A stretch of 32,000 nucleotides of DNA from Candidatus Saccharimonadota bacterium (GTDB lineage: Bacteria; Bacillota_I; Bacilli_A; Mycoplasmatales; Hepatoplasmataceae): assembly GCF_000582535.1 (NCBI RefSeq), contig NZ_CP006932.1:570001-602000 (forward strand), given 5' to 3'. The notes beneath the pieces were generated by a model. The model worked only from the letters and a program-made list of their open reading frames with translations, ran no database searches and had not been told where the DNA came from. Below, in pieces: positions 26,742 to 32,000 of the stretch; the first letter of the stretch is position 1; every line of letters begins with the position of its first letter. The position numbers were made by a program, and so were the translations under genes.

Positions 26742-28991
26742 TTATTCTATTCTTACTCATTTAACAGTAAATAAACCAGCAGCTAAGTTATATTCTTGTG
26801 AAGAATTTTTTAAAGAATATGGAGCTAATGTATTTGCTTCATTATGAGATTTTCCAATTCTTATAATATATCCTTCTTGATCATATCCATCAATATATCC
26901 CACAACATCAGAACTATCATTTTTCCCTTCTGATTTATTTCTTGTTCCAACATAACAATTTGCTAATTTATGTTTATGATTTATAACTTCTTTATTTCAT
27001 ATTTGATTAGGTAAATTATTAACTGCTTGTACAGTAGCCATTCCTTCTTTAAATTCTTTATTATGTTCATGCAATCTTTTTCAAACACCTAAATATTTAT
27101 TATTTTTATTTGGATCATAAGTACTTAAAAATTCTTTAATTGTACCAATATGTTCATCTAATTGATTTATTTGTATAAAATCCATTTCTAAGTTTTCAAA
27201 ATCATAATTTTTGATTCCTTTTCAATCATTCTTATTACGATAATGTCAAAAAGTTATTCCATTTTTAAAATCTTCATTAATTATTAATTTTGTTTTTTTA
27301 GATAAATTTTTATCTACTAAATTAAATATTTTATCTATTTTTAAAAAATTAAATCAATACCTTGAATTTAAATATTTTTGAATATTTTCTAATTGATTTA
27401 ATTTATATCCATATTGATAAAAATAATCAAATAAATGCTTTCTCTCTAAATTATTTAAACTATACTTATTCAATTTTCAACTAAATCCTTTTGCATTATT
27501 TAAATATGAAGTTAGTAAATCACCATTAATTTTAGAAGTATTATTTTTTTCTAAATTATTAATATAATTTTGATGTTTTCTTTTTTCAATAATATTATTA
27601 GATATAGATGATCTTGAAGGAGATAAAAATTCTGAATATTGTTCTGCTTTAATGTCTTTTAATATATCTCCATAAGATAGTGTTCTTTTAGGATATTCAT
27701 TATCACTTACTGTGCAATATTGATTAATATTTCATGTTGCATCAATCTCAAATTTATTTAAGGCATTTTCAAAATAAATACTACTGCTATGAGTTCAAGG
27801 ATTTAAAGAAAAATTAAATCTTAAATAATCTTGATGATTTTCACTATTTCAAAGCAATTGTAATGGATCATATTTTATTGAATTAATTCCATTTGTTGTT
27901 TCAATTTTATAATACTCAAAGGGGTAGGCATATAATTTATGCTCGAATAAAATATTTTTTGGATTTTTATATGAATTTGCTTGTTCAAAAAAATTATGAA
28001 TATTTATTTTATCACTTCATCCCATTTCTTTATTTAAATCAAAATTTTTAATGAGCAATTTTCCATCTTCTAATTTAAAATTATTTGGATTTTTATTTGA
28101 CAAAGTAATAATGGTATTATTATTAACATCTTTTTCAATATTAATAGCATCAGGATATAATGGTGATTCTAAAATATAAAAACTAATAAATTCATCACTA
28201 TTTGTATCATTAAATAAAGTATTGTTTACATTTATATTATTTATTAAAATACTATTTCCATCTTCATTATTATAACTATCATAAAATTTAATTATTGGAT
28301 ATAAATAAAAATTAAAATTTAAAGGTAATGTACCAATTTTTGTTAATGTTTCTTTTTCTTCTTCTAAATTTATTTTCTCGATTCCAATGATTCAAATAAT
28401 TGAATTATTTTTATAATTATTATGATACTTAAAATTAGTTTCTACTTCTTCTACTTTGCTTAATTTAATATCAAAATCTTCTCTTATTTGAAGTTTACTT
28501 ACATCATTTCTTTTTAAATGTGCACGATCAATAAATGTTTCTCCACTTAAAATTGTTGAAATTGGATAAGTAAGATAAATATCTAGATTAATATTTGCAA
28601 TAAAATTATCATTATCTAAAATTTCAATTTTAGAAATTGCATAAAATTTAAATAAATTATTTTGATAGATAATAATATTATTTAAATTTAAAATTCGTTC
28701 TCTTTTTTTATCTATATCTTCTTCTAACAAATAATCATTTATATCTAATTTTATTTTACAATCAAAAATATCATTTATAATGATTTCTTTTTCTACTCAG
28801 TATCCATTTTCTAAATTTAAAAAATCAATTTGATCATCAAAAAGGACATAATTAACAAATTCATTTCGTTTTGCAATTGATTGTTCTTTTGTTTTTCCTG
28901 GAAAACTAATTACATGTTTTTGATCATAAGTATCTAAATTTTTATTAGTTGATCAGTTTGTATTATTTTTAGGAATTAAAATCTTTACCAT
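26742..28991 (-). CDS. phi29 gp9-like tail-knob protein paralogue, copy 1, fused in frame to a ~125-aa HxH C-terminal module (749 aa)
   Basis: ATG 28989-28991 after an AAGGAAAG RBS; piece 28392..28730 is in frame; colinear with copy 2 up to ..NGITFWHYRNKNDWKGIKNYDFENLE, then continues without a stop into MDFIQINQLDEHIGTIKEF...NHKHKLANCYVGTRNKSEG...FTVKWVRIE; TAA at 26742-26744. Confidence 0.6.
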
Positions 28992-29010
28992 CTATTCTTT
29001 CCTTTTTAAA

Positions 29011-29652
29011 CTATTCAACTCGAACTCATTTAATCGTAAGTAATCCTGCTGCAAAATTATTTTCTTCTGCAGAATTTGATAATGAATAAGGAATAAGATT
29101 TCCTACTTCATCATGTGATTGGCCAATTCTTATGATATTTCCTTCTGCATCATAACCATCAATAAAACCAACAACATCAGAATTATCATTAGTTCCTTCT
29201 GATTTATTTCTTGAACCAACATAGCGATCTGCTAATCTATGTGTATGTCCTTTTACTGCTCCATTTGTAACTATATTTGTCTGTCCTGAAATTGTTTGTA
29301 ATGTTGTCATTCCTTCAATAAAACTAGGATTATATTCATGTAATTTTTTTCAAACCCCTAAATATTTATCATTTAAATTTGGATCATAATCATTAATAAA
29401 TTCTTTAATTGTTCCTATTGCTTCATCAATTAAAGATATTTCATCTGATAATAATTGATATTTTTTTCCATCTTTTGAAAAATAAATATCTTTATGATTA
29501 TTTTTTACGAATTTTAAAAAATATTTTGTTTTATTATTTGATAATTTAAAAATATCATTTTTTTGATCACTATTTTCAATACTTTCTATTTCTCAACCTG
29601 AAAAATAAATTTTTATTTTGTTATTAATAATGTCTTCTGTTTTTTCTTCCAT
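29011..29652 (-). CDS. 213-aa protein carrying the stand-alone version of the HxH C-terminal module
   Basis: ATG 29650-29652; piece 29026..29310 is in frame; ...DEAIGTIKEFINDYDPNLNDKYLGVWKKLHEYN...GHTHRLADRYVGSRNKSEGTNDNSDVVGFIDGYDAEGNIIRIGQSHDE...LTIKWVRVE; TAG at 29011-29013. Confidence 0.6.
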
Positions 29653-29772
29653 TTAATTTAATAACCTTTCCTTTTTATTTACTTATAATTAAAATTTATC
29701 AAATAAACAAAAAGAATTTAAATATTTTATAAGTTGTATAGACAACTTCTAAATAATAAATTATTTAGAAAT

Positions 29773-29799
29773 AAAAAAAGAGCCTTATAAAAAGACTCT
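29773..29799 (-). terminator. rho-independent terminator of the tRNA operon
   Basis: Minus strand: AGAGTCTT-TTTAT-AAGGCTCT hairpin followed by T7; 37 nt downstream of tRNA-Phe. Confidence 0.6.
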
Positions 29800-29835
29800 T
29801 TATTACCATTTAAAAAATTTAATTAATTTTTTAAA

Positions 29836-29911
29836 TGGTGGTTCAGGACGGAATCGAACCGCCGACACAGGGAGCTTCAATCCCTTGCTCTACCGACTGA
29901 GCTACTGAACC
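29836..29911 (-). tRNA. trnF: tRNA-Phe (GAA)
   Basis: Hand-folded cloverleaf GGTTCAG..CTGAACC; anticodon loop TTGAAGC; TTCGATT T-loop; CCA encoded. Confidence 0.92.
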
Positions 29912-29990
29912 TGATTTTTTTATTATTCCGGTAGGATTAATTAAACCTACGTTTTTCTCAAAACGGCAAATAACGAAATAATTTATTTAA

Positions 29991-30066
29991 TGGCGGTCCT
30001 GACGGGATTTGAACCCGCGATCTCCTCTGTGACAGAGAGGCATGATGACCACTTCACTACAGGACC
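29991..30066 (-). tRNA. trnD: tRNA-Asp (GTC)
   Basis: Acceptor GGTCCTG/CAGGACC; anticodon loop CTGTCAC; CCA encoded. Confidence 0.92.
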
Positions 30067-30143
<77 letters not shown>

Positions 30144-30152
30144 ATAAATAAA

Positions 30153-30245
30153 TGGTGGAGATGGAGGGATTCGAACCCCCGCACGACTTTCGCCGTCTCT
30201 CGGTTTTCAAGACCGACCCCTTCAACCAGACTTGGGTACATCTCC
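30153..30245 (-). tRNA. trnS: tRNA-Ser (TGA)
   Basis: Anticodon loop CTTGAAA, long variable arm, 93 nt, CCA encoded. Confidence 0.9.
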
Positions 30246-30254
30246 ATTTATAAT

Positions 30255-30331
30255 TGGTGGTCCGTGCTGGACTTGAACCAGCGACCAACCGGTTATGAGC
30301 CGGTGGCTCTAACCAACTGAGCTAACGGACC
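30255..30331 (-). tRNA. tRNA with CAT anticodon, most likely tRNA-Ile2 (lysidine-modified)
   Basis: Clear cloverleaf, loop CTCATAA. The Ile2 assignment rests on its position in the conserved Met-Ile-Ser-fMet-Asp-Phe order and an Ile-like D-arm (TAGCTCAGTTGGTTAGAGC); the tRNA call itself is secure. Confidence 0.75.
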
Positions 30332-30336
30332 TTATT

Positions 30337-30413
30337 TGGTAGCGGAAGAGGGACTTGAACCCCCGACCCATTGAATATGAACCAATTGCTCTAACCAACT
30401 GAGCTATTCCGCC
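30337..30413 (-). tRNA. trnM: elongator tRNA-Met (CAT)
   Basis: Acceptor GGCGGAA/TTCCGCT; anticodon loop TTCATAT; CCA encoded; the Met versus Ile2 assignment is by cluster position. Confidence 0.8.
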
Positions 30414-30420
30414 AATAATA

Positions 30421-30496
30421 TGGTGGAGCGAACGAGACTCGAACTCGCGACCCCATGCGTGCAAGGCATGTGCTCTACCAACTGAGCTATCACCCC
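30421..30496 (-). tRNA. trnA: tRNA-Ala (TGC)
   Basis: G3:U70 identity pair (GGGGTGA/TCGCTCC); anticodon loop CTTGCAC. Confidence 0.92.
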
Positions 30497-30501
30497 ATAA
30501 A

Positions 30502-30578
30502 TGGTCGGAAAGACAAGACTTGAACTTGCGACCCCCGCGTCCCAAACGCGGTGCTCTGCCAAACTGAGCTACTTTCCG
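30502..30578 (-). tRNA. trnP: tRNA-Pro (TGG)
   Basis: Acceptor CGGAAAG/CTTTCCG; anticodon loop TTTGGGA. Confidence 0.92.
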
Positions 30579-30582
30579 ATAA

Positions 30583-30659
30583 TGGCGCGCCCGATAGGAG
30601 TCGAACCCACAACCCTCTGATCCGTAGTCAGATACTCTATCCAGTTGAGCTACAGGCGC
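30583..30659 (-). tRNA. trnR: tRNA-Arg (ACG)
   Basis: Acceptor GCGCCTG/CGGGCGC; anticodon loop CTACGGA. Confidence 0.92.
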
Positions 30660-30667
30660 ATTATTAA

Positions 30668-30752
30668 TGGTGCGGGTGAAGGGACTTGAACCCTTACGTC
30701 CGAAGACACTAGATCCTAAGTCTAGCGTGTCTGCCTATTCCACCACACCCGC
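30668..30752 (-). tRNA. trnL: tRNA-Leu (TAG)
   Basis: Anticodon loop CTTAGGA, long variable arm, 85 nt. Confidence 0.9.
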
Positions 30753-30755
30753 ACA

Positions 30756-30831
30756 TGGTGCCGTTGATAGGAATCGAACCTACGACCCACTGATTACAAG
30801 TCAGTTGCTCTGCCTGCTGAGCTACAACGGC
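30756..30831 (-). tRNA. trnT: tRNA-Thr (TGT)
   Basis: Acceptor GCCGTTG/CAACGGC; anticodon loop CTTGTAA. Confidence 0.92.
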
Positions 30832-30841
30832 TGATGATCTT

Positions 30842-30917
30842 TGGTGGGGCATATAGGACTTGAACCTATGACCTCCTGCTTGTAAGGCAGATGCTCTCCC
30901 AACTGAGCTAATACCCC
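30842..30917 (-). tRNA. trnV: tRNA-Val (TAC)
   Basis: Acceptor GGGGTAT/ATGCCCC; anticodon loop CTTACAA. Confidence 0.92.
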
Positions 30918-30924
30918 GAAAAAA

Positions 30925-31000
30925 TGGTGACCCATACGGGATTTGAACCCGTGCATGCTAGGATGAAAACCTAGTGTGTTAACCGCTTCACCAATGGGCC
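30925..31000 (-). tRNA. trnE: tRNA-Glu (TTC)
   Basis: Acceptor GGCCCAT/ATGGGTC; anticodon loop TTTTCAT. Confidence 0.92.
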
Positions 31001-31003
31001 TAA

Positions 31004-31078
31004 TGGCGCTCCGGAGAGGATTCGAACCTCCGACCAACTGGTTAACAGCCAGCTGCTCTACCACTGAGCTACCAGAGC
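31004..31078 (-). tRNA. trnN: tRNA-Asn (GTT)
   Basis: Acceptor GCTCTGG/CCGGAGC; anticodon loop CTGTTAA. Confidence 0.92.
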
Positions 31079-31105
31079 AATTTAATTGATAAACATACAA
31101 ATATT

Positions 31106-31111
31106 ATTATA
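31106..31111 (-). promoter_or_regulatory. candidate -10 box (TATAAT) of the tRNA operon
   Basis: Perfect TATAAT on the minus strand, 27 nt upstream of the tRNA-Asn 5' end; no convincing -35; such hexamers are frequent in AT-rich DNA. Confidence 0.3.
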
Positions 31112-31357
31112 TCTTAAATTAATCTTTTTAAGATAAAAAATCAAAAATTTTTATTAAAACAAAATCTTAATTTAATCTCTTTTTAAGAATATAATAAATC
31201 CCTCTAAATGATTAATATTATTAATCATAATAGAAACAATAACAAAAGATTTTTAAGTAAAAGAATTCGATTATTTTAAGGTTCTTTAAAAATTAAATTT
31301 TTATTATGAAATTTAATAAATATATGTAATCTTTTCTTATTTATTATAATTATACAT

Positions 31358-32000
31358 ATGAAAAAAAAAGAAGTTATTATTATCGGAGTTGGAAGGTTTG
31401 CTGAGGCATTGATAAATGAGTTATCAAAATTTCAACACTTTACATTAATTGCAATTGATAATGATATTAAAAAACTTGCAGAAATATCAACATTTGTAGA
31501 TAAAACATTTGTTGGTGATTCTTCAAATGAACAATTTTTAAAAGAAGTGGGAATTAAAAATGCTGATATTTTTGTTGTAAGTATTGGAAATGATATTCAA
31601 AGTAATTTACTGACTTCATCAATTTTAAAAGACAATTTTAGCGGAACTGTAATTGCAAAAGCAGTAAGTAAAAGACATGTTGAGATTCTTAAAAAAATTG
31701 GTGTTGATGTTGTTATAATGCCTGATACAATAGCAGCAAAAAGAACAGCAATTGGTATTTTAAATCCTGTTCTTAATGCTGAATTATTTCAAAGAAATTC
31801 AGAATTAACAGAGCTTGATGGCGGAGTTTCAATTTTAACAATTGAAGCATTACCAGTATGAGAAGATAAAATGATCAAAGATCTTAAAATACCAAGAAAT
31901 ATTTCAATATTTTTAATTTATCGTAATAAAAAAGTTGTAATTGTAAATGGATTAACAAAAATTGCAAAAGGTGATCGAATTGCAGTTGTCGGAAGAAATG
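31358..32000 (+). CDS. ktrA: K+ uptake system NAD-binding (RCK/TrkA-N) subunit, 3'-truncated by the window edge
   Basis: MKKKEVIIIGVGRFAEALINEL (GxGxxA/G Rossmann start), ..NADIFVVSIGND.., then TGA=Trp at 31859-31861 and continuation ..EDKMIKDLKIPRNISIFLIYRNKKVVIVNG..GDRIAVVG (RCK_C-like); open to 32000. Confidence 0.85.

Noticed and set aside
30309-31100. Two minus-strand ORFs in the track (30309..30545 and 30822..31100)
   Set aside because: They run through back-to-back tRNA genes. They are open only because tRNA sequence is GC-rich and stop-poor, so they are not coding.

Overview
This is a very AT-rich Mollicutes-type chromosome segment that only makes sense with genetic code 4 (UGA=Trp). 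Nearly every long gene in the supplied standard-code ORF track is split at in-frame TGA. The pieces re-join in one frame when TGA is read through, so I re-derived all CDS ends by hand. Core genes are fba (352-1209), ychF (19456-20556), a VOC/PhnB-like protein, a polytopic membrane protein, a 14-tRNA operon (29836-31078, minus strand) and the 5' part of ktrA/trkA. Between fba and ychF lies a roughly 17 kb accessory, defence-type island with four parts. (i) A 638-aa protein with a glycine-zipper-like membrane hairpin sits divergent to a tight cassette of KAP P-loop NTPase, unknown 444-aa protein, alpha-order N6A/N4C DNA methyltransferase and a 706-aa ParB/Srx-domain protein (2332-10873); no nuclease is recognisable. 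(ii) A restriction-modification operon has one PD-ExK endonuclease and two tandem paralogous C5-methyltransferases (11055-14678, type IIS-like layout). (iii) A decayed copy of the cassette methyltransferase follows. (iv) A divergent nucleotidyltransferase/HEPN pair is followed by a second KAP NTPase paralogue (15584-18569). The cassette junctions carry decayed fragments of the fba 3' half. Immediately downstream of the tRNA operon is a four-gene minus-strand operon (22641-29652). It holds two tandem phi29-gp9-like tail-knob paralogues, a shuffled HxH-containing C-terminal module, and a beta-helix-like membrane-anchored surface protein; no other phage genes are in view. I found no rRNA, CRISPR array, transposase or integrase. 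All functional calls rest on hand-recognised motifs and need database or structure searches to confirm.
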